Below are positions 1 to 14,000 of a stretch of 64,000 bases of DNA, piece after piece (the first letter of the stretch is position 1; each line of letters opens with the position of its first letter). This stretch comes from the human T2T-CHM13v2.0 reference genome, Homo sapiens. The notes under the pieces are model-generated. The model was not told the DNA's origin. It saw nothing but the letters and a program-made list of their open reading frames with translations, and did no database searches. Position numbers and translations under genes: made by a program. The stretch lies in NCBI RefSeq assembly GCF_009914755.1, contig NC_060939.1; one strand, written 5' to 3'.

Positions 1-3000
1 CTCAGGCAGCAGTGATGATCAAACATATACATTTATTTGAATAATTATTTGCTTCTTTTTCTATACGTGTAACTTTGGAATGAAAACTGTATATACACTA
101 TCTGTTCAAGACACTTTCTGAAGATATTGTAGTGATTATGAATTATGAATTTGTTTAAATAAAACTGTTCTTGGAGGAAATATGTAAAAAGTTGTTGAAA
201 CATTTATATCTTCTGACATAATAGTTGTGCTTTTGAGAAAGTTTCCTCTTTAATTAAAGGTAAATTAAAGTTGAAAACAACTGGAAAACTTCATCATAGT
301 AAAAATACTTTTTTGTCAAAAACCTAGATTTTCATTTCAAAAAGATTAGCTAATTACATTATTATGCTATGTCAAGAAGCTGTCAAAAATCTTGTTTTCA
401 CAGATTATTAAAGACATTATAATACATCATGCTATGATATTAAATGGAATCAAAGGAGTCATGTAAAACTATAATTTCAAATATATACACAAATATATAG
501 CAGAAAATGCAACAAAAGGAAATGCATCAATAATTGAACAAGAGTTCTACGAGTAGTAAGCAAACATTTTTAGCTCATATTTTCATAATGTGTATTTTCT
601 AAACCTTTTCCCTTGAACAGGAACTACTTTACATTTTCCCCATAATAAAAATGTTACATATGTCTATAAAACATCATATTTGATATGCTTTTTAAAATTG
701 ATTTACTCAAAAGAAAGCAATTATTCAAAATCAGGACTCTTGTATGTAGCTGCTGTAAATCAAAAATTATTTTTTCAATCCACAATGAAGAGACTGATGT
801 TTGGGGAAAGTGCCATCTTTGTTTTTAAAAACATGATTCCTGGTCTATTTCTTGGGTAGGGTGGCCATGAGGACCAAATGTGCTGGTGTGTCAAGTACTG
901 TTATTGTTGTTAATATTATTATTCACTTGATGTAAGTGGAGACTAATATATTTATCCATGGGTTCTTAGCATAACCAGAGTTACATATTTATTATGTGTT
1001 CTGATTAAATTACTCACCTTACTTTGATTAATTTCAAGATATTTTCCTATATTCATAGGAAGTATTAAAAAGAGTTATCCTGTTCAGTTTTTCATTAGTT
1101 TCTTGTCAGGTTGCAACACAGACTTTAATGAATGGAAGGGAAATAAAAAAAAATGAAGAAGATCTTTTTTCACAAGTATTCAGTCCTGACAAAATCGCTT
1201 TGGAAAATGAGTTTCACTTTGTCATTGCCCTTCCTTCTTCAATCTCACACCCAGGCCGAAGTTCACACACTTTCTTTGATCTGCTCTTTTGAGCAAATCT
1301 GAAGTGAGATGCTATTTAGAAGAAACTAATGAGAAGGTATTTGTCAGTGAGAACAATTGCCAGGCATGGCAACTCCACCTGCCAGCAAGACTCTTGCTAA
1401 GCTGGGGGCCCTCAGGGAAGCCGAAACACAAGCTTTGACCCTCTCTGAAGAACTGGCCTTAAGGTGACTGGACCCAGCCCATTGAACACAGCTGCTTAGA
1501 CTGTCACATCAGGGTTAAGAACAGAACTGGAAACAACTTTTCAACCTGATTATGACCTAAATAATACTCATTAATAATTGTCCCCATTCTTCCAGCACAT
1601 ACTTTCACATGGACATCTATTTTATATGTCAAAGGCTAGATTATCTCCATCTTCCAGTTAAGGTGTTTAAACTGGTATGACTCGAAGAGGACAGGACGTG
1701 GGATTCAAATCTAGACTTGCTGACCCCAAAACCCTTAATATTTCCTATAGTTGAATTTTCTATTGAAGGAGTCTTCCACATAGGAGGGATGGTTATGGAC
1801 AAGCATCTCCCATTCTCCACCATTTAGCAAACCCCATTCATATGAGAGAAGGAAAATGAACTGGTGCTGGGTGAGGGACCAGGAAAAGGAGGTGCAGATG
1901 GTTTATGTAGGAGTCATACTGTGTCACGAGGTCAAAAGTTAAGAATGTGGCTTTTGTTATTTATGTTGTGGGATCCAAAGCGTTTCTTGAATTGTGCTTG
2001 GGAAAAATGAGAATTTCCAAGCTGTATTTTAGGGAGCTGTGTGGAGAGCTGCCTACAGAAGGGCAAGACTTGAGAATTCAATTAAGAGATTAGTGTGAAC
2101 AGAAGAGCATCAGGTGGATCTGAACCTGAGCCTTCTCGGTGGGAAGGAAAAGCATATGACAAACGAAAACAAATGACCAAGGTTTATTGATAGGAATCAG
2201 TGACAAAGTAAACACTGAGGCTAAGAGATATATAGAAAAGAAAGAGGATCTCTGAGACTCCATACCCATGAAACTGAAATGAGGGTAAAAATACTATAAG
2301 AAAACTAGGAGGTGGGGTGAGGAGGTTATAATTCTGTTTTGGACTGGAATTGATTCCTTTAAAAAATTATAACTAAGAACTGGCCCTCTAAAGATCAGTG
2401 AGCTGTAGAATGCTTTGATATAATTTTGGTCATAATCTCTAATGATACTGATTTACAGGGAAAAATATAACATCAGTCATTACAAGAAAGCCTGACTCTG
2501 GCTAAGAATAGTTCTAGGCTCATGATGGGATTAAGCAAGAAAGGAACTCTATGTACTTAAAAGTTGGATATAGCTTCATGGGAAATGACAAACACTTGGG
2601 AAAGGACAGAGAGAAGCAAATCCTTGGGGATGCAAAATAGGATCAATGAAATTCTTTGGTTCTACATTTTTAAAACCCCATGAGGAAAGTGGGTAGACAG
2701 CTGGTTCTTTAAAACATAGGCTGAACTTTTTTTCATCTAAGAAAGAAAAACTATACTTGCCCTTAATTTACCCTCAATAAATCCATAAATAGAATCATGC
2801 ATGCCTTTTACTAAAGTACAACTGTCAATAAACATGTTAACATTTAAATTTCCATTTCTTGAATATCATTCTAATACAATAAACACATCAATCTAGTCAA
2901 TGTTGTTTCCTGATCTGAACAAAAAGTATAAGAAAATAACGTGGATAGTAAAGATTTTTTTGAATAATAATAAAGTGTGTGCATTTGATAACTGCATGCC

Positions 3001-4656
3001 TATGTATATACTTTTCTTAAGAAGGATCACAGAAATACATTAAGAAATGTTGCAGTCAGTCACTATGATTTATTGAAAAGTTTCCCTTTACAGCTTGTAT
3101 TGACTAACACTATCAGAGCATATGATATGCCTCTCTTTCAAAAGTGTTAACTCATGAAGTTTGTGTGGAGTTCAAAACAGTATTTCTCCTTTGATCAGCC
3201 CTACAAAATCCAACCCAAAAAGAAGCTCATAAAATAAATGAAAACATGAAGACAAGGACTGTATCTTCTTAGAGTAGGCAAAGATCTGCATAAGTAATGC
3301 ATACACCTAAAAAGTGTTAGGAGGTTCTAATTCTATATTTTTGGTTAATATCTACATTCATGGGTTGCTATATTAACACACGCATCACTTCAACATACAA
3401 CCGTTTGCCCCATGCTGATGCATGGAGGTTGTTCTTTGAAGAGTTTCTCTGTAGTCAGTTGACAACCCAGTCTCCCTTTCTCACGGAATTTGTAATATTC
3501 AGACACTCATACTTAGGAGTTTATCCAAATTCATTAACTCAATAAAAACATTCAAGAAACATTTATTGGGTACACATTATATAAAGCACACTGGATGAAT
3601 TAATCTCTTAGATGACTTATACCTGCTTGTTTAACCAAATAAACTCACTGGAGGGATGTGTAAAAATGGTTCAACTAATTCCGCATGTAGAAACAGTAAT
3701 GTAATCAATACCTGAAGAGACCTAGATGTTTAATGTCAGTAGACATAAAGATCTGGGAGTTTTACACAATGATCAAACAAGTTTTAGATTATTTGTTGTC
3801 ATGAAGGCAACTGATAATGTGTCAATGAATCAACTGTACAGTGGGAACCTGGAAAGGAGACATTTGTTCCTGAATATGCCAGTGGTGACTGGGTGGGCAT
3901 ACATTAGTTCTTCTCTGATTTGACACGTCCCCCAACAAACTGTAAAACGTACTCTGATAGGCTTACACTGCCATATGGCAGGAGAAAACTGCCTCTCGTA
4001 TTAAATGTCACCAACACGGAATATTTCTGTTATATAATAAAATATGCAAAGTATATAATGCATATTCTTTAGGTGAGATTATAATCACTGCCGGATTCAT
4101 ATTGTTTCTATCAGTTTCTAGAGTTCCTTTCTATTATAGTTGTTACTTTCACTCATTGCTTCAAATATTTATTGGCATATACCATGTTCCAGGCATTATA
4201 TTAGAAGCTGGGGGCAGGAAGATGAGAAGAACATGGGAGAAAATGATACATTAGCAAATATCTCACCTAGTACGCTCCTTACTATACTGGAGATTCACAC
4301 TTGATATTCTGGGAATGCAACTATGAGAAAGACAGCGTTAAGGAGAGCCAGAATGACTTCGTGTTTCCAATCGTCCTTTTAGAGGTAAGACTTGGTGAGC
4401 CCAGAATCAATCACTGGGTTGGAGTGTGGGAGAGAGGGAAGTGGACTGGCCCATCCTAGGTTCTTAACCAGATAGTCAGTGACCAACCTAGCTCTAGAAT
4501 GTAGGCTTCAAACCCAAGTGTCATCATTTCAGGTTCAGTGTTATTGCTACTAAAAAACCATACAGATCCAAACTACTTAGAGTGAGCAGTGTTTTATCTA
4601 TCAGATTTTGCATTTATCCAAAGTCTTCAGTGCCTTAATCCAAAATTATGTGAGAG

Positions 4657-4720
4657 CTTTGTCTTTCAATCTTCCTCCTGGGGTTTGTCTTTGTCTTTCA
4701 ATCTTCCTTCTGGGGTTTTG
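4657..4720. repeat. 32-bp tandem duplication (2 copies)
   Basis: ctttgtctttcaatcttcctcctggggtttgt followed by ctttgtctttcaatcttccttctggggttttg. Confidence 0.9.
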
Positions 4721-4782
4721 CACAGGACCAGTCATAAAATATATGCTCAAAAAATGTTTGTTGAATGAATAAATGAATGAAC
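4720..4782 (+). mobile_element. L2 LINE 3' end relic
   Basis: ends in aaatgtttgttgaatgaataaatgaatgaa, the typical L2 terminus. Confidence 0.6.
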
Positions 4783-5175
4783 TGCGTAATGCAGGCACAA
4801 AGCAAGTCTGTGAGAAGGTAGGTAGGTATGAAGATAGCGGAGAGGGAGATGTGGTTACGGTTGTCGTGCTTAGAAACACTTTTCAATCTCTCAAATTTTT
4901 CCAGAAATCCATATCTAAAGCTGATCCTTCAAGAGGTGTTATAATATTCACTTTTATTACTGTCACTCAAGATTATAATACACTCGTTGATTTTAACCCT
5001 TGTTATCTGCCAATCCCCATTTCCCAACTAAAAAATTAGAAGCTCTTCTCTTGTCAACTAGATATTAAATTCTAAACAATCACAAATAATACAGAAAAGT
5101 CAGCACCAAAATTCTGGCAGAAGCAAAACCACTGGTACCTACAGCTAAAAATGTGAATGATAGGGCCAAAATCTA

Positions 5176-5193
5176 GATGATGATGATGACGAA

Positions 5194-5226
<33 letters not shown>
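5176..5226. repeat. (GAT)n microsatellite, interrupted
   Basis: about 17 triplets with a gac-gaa interruption. Confidence 0.95.
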
Positions 5227-6624
5227 ATTATAAATAAAAAGACATTTTGACTCAAGTTTTTTCACTTTAGATCATGATATTTTGGGGTAGTCAAAACAAC
5301 TGACACTTGCATACTTTTAGTATTATTTCAAAGAAGTCACAATTTCATGTCCTCATTTTCTTCTCCTTAACCCATTTGAAGAAATGATAAAACAACACCA
5401 TCAAACTAAGTCCCGCAAAGAAAAAAAAACTTCTCTGGGAATCTTGTGCCTTCCTCATTTAGTCATGTTACAGATTGGGAATTGTCACTTGAAAAAACAG
5501 TAACTTTTTTTTTAGTATTGGTGTTATTGGCAATATATTTCATATCAATTAAAATTTTGATTGGTCTAAGTTTTTATTTTTTTTAAATTTTAAAAATAGC
5601 TGCTGAAGAGAACGTTACTTTTCCTCACTCTTCACATATTTGTGTTGTCAATAATATTCTTCCTTTTTATTTACTTAAAACACTTTGATAATGTTTCTAA
5701 AGACGCACAATATTTTTCTTATCCCTTACTCCTATGGGGAAACATGTTTAAATCTTCCAGCTAGAATTTCTTCAGCTCACTTAAAGAATTTCACCTTCTC
5801 AACACCCTTGCATTTAACTTAATGTTTTTCAGATTTCCAAACTCTATTACCACAATGCTATACAAATAACCATAGTTCAAGGGTCAGCAAAAGGGACCTA
5901 TTAGGTGAAAGGCTGAATAACTTGAAAGAAAAGAGTTCCAATTTTAAGAAAGAGGTTTAGCAGGTTTGGGACCTCTTGTGTGCTGGCGCGACTCCATCCA
6001 TTCTTATTTTGGCTCTCCATCACTAAGGTGTTAACTTTTTAGCTGCTGGGGATTTGAGCTTTATTAGGTTTTCTCCTTCCATTTACTTATTAAGCTTGAG
6101 GAAACATTACTTCATGGCCAAAACAATATTTCAGATTTTATGAATCAGCTTGCCTTAGGGAAAGATTGAGTTAAATTTGTACCCTAAATTTGTTCTCATA
6201 TTTATAACCAAATTAATTCTGTAAACATGATTCTTAAAAAACACATTGAATCGTTCAGGTTAAAACAGATGTTACTCATCCATATTTAAAAAAAAAAAGC
6301 CCTCAAATGTGATTCTTTATGTGTCTACTCAGAAGGAGAAGGAAAGAAAACAAGCATATTCAAGGCAAACGAAGGACAGAGCCACAGTTTAATCACCACA
6401 TTTAGATTCTTCTCTTCCTCTTCCTTCTTTCTTTGAGATTTCGACAAAGAGGAGAAAAAAATTTTGCTGAATCTGTTTTTAAAGACTAGATGTCTTGCCC
6501 ATGACTTTGAATGGAAAATAACTAGCTAACAAGTTGTGAGAGAGCCACAGACTAAAAAGAGAAACAGGCGCGCAATAGGTTTTTACAGAGATGAGAACAT
6601 GGAAATTTGGCACCGATAAATGTA

Positions 6625-6730
6625 TTCACCCATTCATTCATCTATCTATTCATTAGGCAGTTATTAAGTGAGGCCCCCAAATGTGTAAGACACAGTGCCA
6701 GCTACAATAGGTGACAGGCTCTAAAGAAAG
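6625..6730 (-). mobile_element. L2 3' end relic
   Basis: cattcattcatc...ttattaagtg...aatgtgtaagacacagtgccag, reverse complement of the L2 tail. Confidence 0.55.
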
Positions 6731-8509
6731 AGTCCTAGGAGATTGGGTGAATATAAGGTGAGAATTTATTTTACATGGTTGAGTCAAATGGACCCTAAAG
6801 TACAAAAAAAGTTTCTTATTTTTAGTTGTATAAACCAGGGCTGTAACAAGTATTACAGGACCACTATCTAGGTTAAAAAGAATGTAGAATGAGATTACCC
6901 AGGTTAAACCATGGCCTAGATATGTACATCCTGGGTTTGCACCCCCAGACGGTCATCAGCTCTGCCAATTTCTACTTGGGGTTAGAACAGGAGCAGCCAG
7001 TGGCCCCTCCGCAGCCTCACGATAATCCATGGGGCCATGACTAAGTTAGACAATTAAGTCATTGTCACCACTGGGTACATTTTCATAATACAGTTTAACA
7101 GTAGAGAAAGTTTCTCTCCACCCTACAAGCTGAATTTTCCTTTGACTAACCCCAGAGATGCAGGATGGTGACACTGGGGTTCATTTTGTCCATCCAGAAG
7201 ACACCTATTGTGTTCAGACTTTTAGAGAACATTCTGAGTTACACTTTACATGCCCTTTCTCACTTTATTTTCTCACTGTATTACAAATCCTTGTGTTTAT
7301 GTCTGTCTCCCCTTTATAAGTACCACTTAGGTATATGGGCTTCTTTAGGGCAAATACACTGTCTTACTGCTTTTTTGATCCTTGAATCTTAGCACACAAT
7401 AGTGAGAGAAGTTCAATATCTTTAACTGTATATGCCCCAGAGGAAGTAGACAGCAACTTTATAAAAGGTTTGGCCGTCTAAGGTAACTTCAGAATGGAGC
7501 GTGCCTTATGAGTATCAGACAGAAGCGGAGTGTTGGGGCCATGCCTGTTCAATGGAATCAGTGAAAATGCAGGTCTACGTTCTCTTGGTTATTCTAGATC
7601 TCATCAGTCCCCAGAAGGTGTGCGCTCAGCTTGTGCTTACCAGACATCACCAGGCTATTATGCAGATGGAAACCTGCTGGAACAGTGTTGGTCAAACACT
7701 TTTCTGAGAGGTCAGTCTAGGATCAGACGTCGGGGAGGTAAGATGAGAAAGACTGCAGTTTTTCCAGCACTATCTTCTCAGAGTGGCCAGGGCAAACCTG
7801 ACTAATGGAGGAACTTCCAACAGTAGGCGTGGGCAGTCACTCCCCAAGAACCAAGCCCAGCATTTTAACCTTAACCACTGAAGAGGAAGGAGCAGCTATT
7901 ACCAAATGTACAAGATGACCTTATATTTACCATGAATTATATTCCTGGGGAAGGCATTGTAGTTCAAAAGGAGGTGAGGATAATCTGATTTTCCCATGGA
8001 AGCAAGGCTTTAATGGGATTCTGTGTCGGTCCAAGGGTCTACTGCTTGAGGACTTACAGAAATGACAGCAAACACCACATTTAATTAAAAGCATAACACA
8101 CCTGAGTGCTATAAGGTGCAAAGCTTTCCAAGGTGTGCGGAAGCTGTTTAACTGGGAGCGTAATAAGAAGTTCTTTAACTTTTATCCGATTGTATTTCTT
8201 TAAGAAAGCTCCTGCAGAGGATAATGGAAAAACATGGAATTTAAATAAAACATTCAAAGTTGACGATGGCAGAGAAGCTGTGCAAGACAAGCAGAGACAA
8301 AGGCATATCATGGTGCAGAAAACCCCAGCAATACCATAGGCACAATGCCCACTGCAAGAACTGCAAGTAGTGGCACAGATGCAGTTGGCCACACAGTTGA
8401 TATGTAAATCACAGTCTTAAGCTTAAGAAAACCATAAATAAAAGCACAAATAATATTCATCAGTGAGAGCCCATGAACAAGAAATCCAGGCTCCCCAGTG
8501 CTCAAGTTA

Positions 8510-8840
<331 letters not shown>

Positions 8841-9267
8841 TCACTGTCTACTTTTTCCCTAAAAGAGAGAGAAAAAAAAGGGGGATGCACAAGAGGGGGA
8901 AGAAAGGAAGAAAAGGAAGGGAAGGAAAGAAAAAGGAAGGGAAGAAAATTAAAAGACCCTCTGGCTAAACATCCCAGGTTCCTACTTCCTAGCAAGGGTT
9001 TCTTTGCTAGAGTTTCAAAAGAAAGAGGTAAATGAAGTGTGGGGAGAACACAGAGGTGTCAGATACATTTCCATAAAGCTGTGTGTATTTTCAGAGTATT
9101 AAGCTTAATGTGGTGAGTGCAGTGAAACAGAAAAGAATTTCAGACTTTAGAGCTGTTAGTAAACAAAGCTAAACAAAAGATGAAAAAAATTTGCAAATGT
9201 GGTGAAGACAGTTGAAAGATGTCACATGTTTCTCTATCTCTAGTGTGGTTTCAAAATAGACTAAGAG

Positions 9268-9679
<412 letters not shown>

Positions 9680-10069
9680 TTAATAAATCAATATTTGTCC
9701 AAACTCTTTGAAACAGATGATGTTTTCCCATTAAATAAGTAGGACAAATTATAAATTATATGAGACAGTAAACATTCAAAAATAAATACAATACTATAAT
9801 TTAATTTCTTAAGTATATTTTCCACTTAGGTTTAAATCGTATGTCCTTATGTGTGTGATCTTTCCACCTCTGTCACTACTTTTATTCTAGTCTTTGGAGA
9901 GAAAGGAAACATCCCGTATGGATGCAGTCTGGCTTCTGAATCCAGAAGGCTCACATCAAGGATGATGCTGCTATATTGTTGTACCAGCATAAAAGAAGAC
10001 ATCCAGGTGGTGTTGGCAAAATTACGCAAGAGGGTAATTTCCTCTTCCTCCTGGACAGACAGCCAGTCT

Positions 10070-10605
10070 GCCTCTCTCTTCTTCCCTTGAAGTTGGCTGT
10101 GGCCATATGACAGTGATTAGACTAATAGAACTTAAGAAACGTGATGTCAGTCCTAGGCAGACATGGTCAACAGAATTTCAGACTTTGTATCTGTTAGTAA
10201 ACAGAACTAAACAAAAGGTGAAAAAACTTTGCAAATGTGGTAAAGACAGTTGAAAGATGTCACACGTTTCTATATCCCCAGTGTGGTTTTAAAAAAGAGT
10301 AAGAGGGCCAGGCGTGGTGGCTCATGCTTGTCATCCCAGCATTTTGGGAGGCTAAGACGGGTGTATCACTTGAGGTCAGGTGTTCAGATTGTTCAGGAAC
10401 AATCCTCCATGCCCTTTCTCCTGCAGCAGCCCTGGCACCTGCTGAAGAAGTGAGAGCCACATGCTGGAAAGCACCAGGGCCTCTGACAGACTTCTGGAAG
10501 GACACCACCTTGGAGAAAAGTCTACTTCAAACTTATGTGACTGACAAAGAAATCATATTGTATGAAGCCACTGACATGGGGAAGAATTGCTATTTACAAT
10601 AGCCA
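10070..10605 (+). mobile_element. MLT1-type (ERVL-MaLR) LTR interrupted by a duplicated segment
   Basis: cccttgaagttggctgtggccatatgac...ctccatgccctttctcc...gaagccactgacatgggg...gctatttacaatagc resembles old MLT1 LTRs. Confidence 0.6.
10172..10384 (+). repeat. ~213-bp copy of 9134-9342, including an Alu 5' fragment (10306-10384)
   Basis: manual alignment, about 90% identity over unique flank plus Alu head. Confidence 0.95.
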
Positions 10606-13579
10606 TGATCACCATAAACAAAGATAGTCACCCCAGCAATTCTCCTTGTCTTTTCCCCCTTTTTTACTACCAGAGGGTTTGGGTCCCTGGTGCACATAAA
10701 CCTGACGAACTCCAAGCTACTGAGCCTCCTCACTGTTGCCAGGCACACACTCTCATGTCTGATGCCTGCCACGTAGGCACTGCATGTGGCAAAATCACTT
10801 TTCATAGTCCTCACAGCATCCCCATGATTACCATGTTAAGATCAGTGAAATGAGATGAAGAGATACAACAGACTGTGTAGTACAGACCTCTAGGAGACAC
10901 AATTCACATCTAAACAATGCCTTCTAAATTTGCTCAGTGTACAACCTGCACAACCAAATGTCAATTGCTAGGTAATGTCAAGAGGAAATCTCTTTATCTG
11001 CTGTGATATCTTTCCCATCTTCAGTTCCTAGCAATTGTTCTCCGCTTTCTCCTTCCTGAAATCTCTCACTCCTTGGGAAGTTTCTATCCTATTAAGGAGC
11101 CTTGTGGCACAACTTTCTTCCCACCATAAAGTCTATTTGCCGCTGGGTTGCTAGGGTCAGCTCTGCCATGCCATCTAAAAGCCTATAATTCACTGAAATG
11201 GAGTTTCTCATTTTTTCCATCCATTAAAATTAGTTTCTATTTATCTGAAGCAAAAATTTCAGTAGGGGATTTATTAATAACTCTCATCTAACCTAATAAA
11301 GATCTTTCAGATAAAGACTGTGGACCAAGCAGGAGGAAGGCACAACAAAAATTTTAAAAGTAGGCATGTTTCACTTAAATTATCAAAATTTTAAAAGAAT
11401 GAAAAAATGAGACATGACTTATCTGTGTTAGCTCACTCCAATTTCTGAGGCAATCGACTTCCCCGTTATCTTCTACAGACTTGGCCTCTTACAAAGTTTC
11501 TGGAAATTTTCCCATTGGTCACAATTATCCTCAGTGTGTTAGGGCCATGCCTCATTGCAAATTTCTCCTACATGATATGAGGGTTAAGGGGGGAAAGACA
11601 TCCCCTCCTGTAGGAAAAAACAAAATGTGTCAGCTTGGCATTTTATTTTAGGCATTGCTCAAATAAGAACTGTATATATTCCAACATAAGTTAAAAGGTT
11701 CTAGTTTATTTAATTGCTATGATTAGGAAGGTGTAGTTAAACAGAACCACACTAAGAGAGAGTATGCGTCATAAAAGGATCAGAAGGAATCCTATGCTGG
11801 GCCTCTGGCTGCTGGGAAGAGTCAGGGAACAGCAGCTCCCATCCAAATTCTCCAGCGCCACGCTCAGTGGCGGGAGATTGGAAAAATGACCGTTTGTCGA
11901 CAGGCATCTGGAAAATGTATGCTTTGTTGTCAGAGATCACTAGAGATAACTGGATGGATCATCAAGGTTTCCACTAGGTGAAGTGCTCAGTGTTTAATAA
12001 CAAAGGAAAAGGGAAATGCATGAGAAATATTAAGTGATCCTCTTACTTGGATATGACAAGGCTTTACATCAAGTTCTCGTTTAACTGTGTTAAGCAAGAA
12101 AGACACTGAAATATTTCTTTTTCCCTCTTCTTTGTTAACAAACTGACTGAACTGCTAACATTTACTGAACACTTACTAAGTGCCAAATGCTACACTAAGT
12201 TCTTGGTAATCATTATTTCATTTAATATCAGTCGATCAAACAATGTTTACTGAGAACTTACTATGGGAGAGGTAGGCAATAATGAAATGCAAAAGGGGAA
12301 TAAAAGAAAGATGCAGTTCCAGCTCTCCCAAAGCTTGTCAATATAACTGGGGAAATAAGATGTATAAGCACACACATGGGAAGAAGTACACATTAATATA
12401 TTACTGAGTGACAATGACTGGCAGGAGATGGAGGGAAAAACCTGGATGGATGGTTCTGGCCAGTATATAGAACCTTCCACATATGAGAACTTTGGAAAGA
12501 ACAAAAGTAATCAGGTGTGAACGCAGTTGGGGAAACAGTGCTCCCCGCAGAAGGCTCAAATAATTATGGAAGGTCTTGAACACAAGTGAAAAAGCCAATG
12601 ATTATCATTATGCTGCATAAATTCACAAACCTAGACCGTAACTTTCAACTTTTCACGTTTTCCCTTTTTCCCACACACAAATTTACCATATAATTTTTTT
12701 CAGTGATATATTGACTAATATATATACACACACACACACCAGGAGTATTTGTTTCCACATTTGGCTATTTCTAAATATAAAATGAATCAGATCACTGTCT
12801 ATGTTTTCCTTTATTTTTAGCCTAATATACTACTTATCTGGAAATCTTGAATTTAAAAATATATATCCAATTTTTAAAAATCGCTAGATATTTGAGACCC
12901 CAATATAAATCTTTATGTCGTACGAGTCAGCTTGTCATGACAGTTTTTTATTTCACTTAAATGATGGTATGAGCCGGGGTGGAGCTGAGATTCCCATCAC
13001 TATGTATATAATTAGGGAATAGGTGTGTGTTAGGTAAATACCTTATGTATATATGACTGAATTTCTAATTTGTTGTATAAAAACGAAAACTCTTACCTTG
13101 AGGGATAATTACTACAACTTCCCTGTGAGAATAAAATACCACCAAGCAGCATACCTCAGGGAATAAACCTGCATCACACTTTCATGAAATCTGCACACAA
13201 TACGGGTCAGATGGTTAATGAAGCCATAAACTATACTATGTCTGAAGTACTAAACATCACCTTCTGCAGTTGGCCTCTGTGGTTAAGAGAGCGGAAGATG
13301 TTTATTACCAGAAGCCACCCCTCTCGCCTTGGAAGGCACATTCAGAGCCAGCTCTTTGTAAATAAACATACAACCTTTGCAAAGGTAATTTAAGGCTGTG
13401 CCTTAAAGAAGATCCTAAGAATGCAGGCGAGAGAGAAGGAAGATAAAAAATCTCATGAATAAAGTCGAAGGCTGCAGGCTAAGGTGGTTATTAAGTCCCA
13501 AGCTGTTTTTCCTTCACTTTTCCTCACCACTGAAATAAAAACAATTATTGCTATGATGCTCTAAAATTAGAACACATTT

Positions 13580-14000
13580 GTCGTTTTTAATGGCAGCTAC
13601 ACTCAACTTGAGCTCGGCAGTAAAAGCAGAGAGGCAAAGAAAACACTTGTGCCCTGGGCCTGCCCTCTCCGGGTGTGGCAGCCTAGGGGGAGAAGTATCA
13701 GCCCACCTGAGTCTGGGTTTGTGCAGAAACTTCCCTGGCGGAAAAGGCGTCGTAAAAGGGGTTTAAGAAATCCCACTGGATGCTTTCCCAGAGCCTTGGT
13801 GTTACGGCGCTCAGCTCCAATGCACAGACTGCGCTACGAAGGCGCCCTGCGCAGGGATTGGCTGCAGCACCCAGGTAGGTGAGCTCCATTATTCTGGGTG
13901 CCACCTTCTAGAGAACTCTGGAAGGCTAAACAAGCTCATCTCCTGCCTTTCTCTACAGCTACGCGGAAAGACTTGCCTAAATAATGAATTACTAACGACC
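13580..14000. promoter_or_regulatory. CpG-enriched candidate promoter/enhancer
   Basis: about 16 CpG in 420 bp against a CpG-poor background; palindrome ccctgcgcaggg, CCAAT and ATTGG boxes, CTCF-like gtgccaccttctag. Confidence 0.5.

Noticed and set aside
13863-13880. REST/RE1-like cagcacc
   Set aside because: Only the left half-site matches; the GGACAG half is absent.
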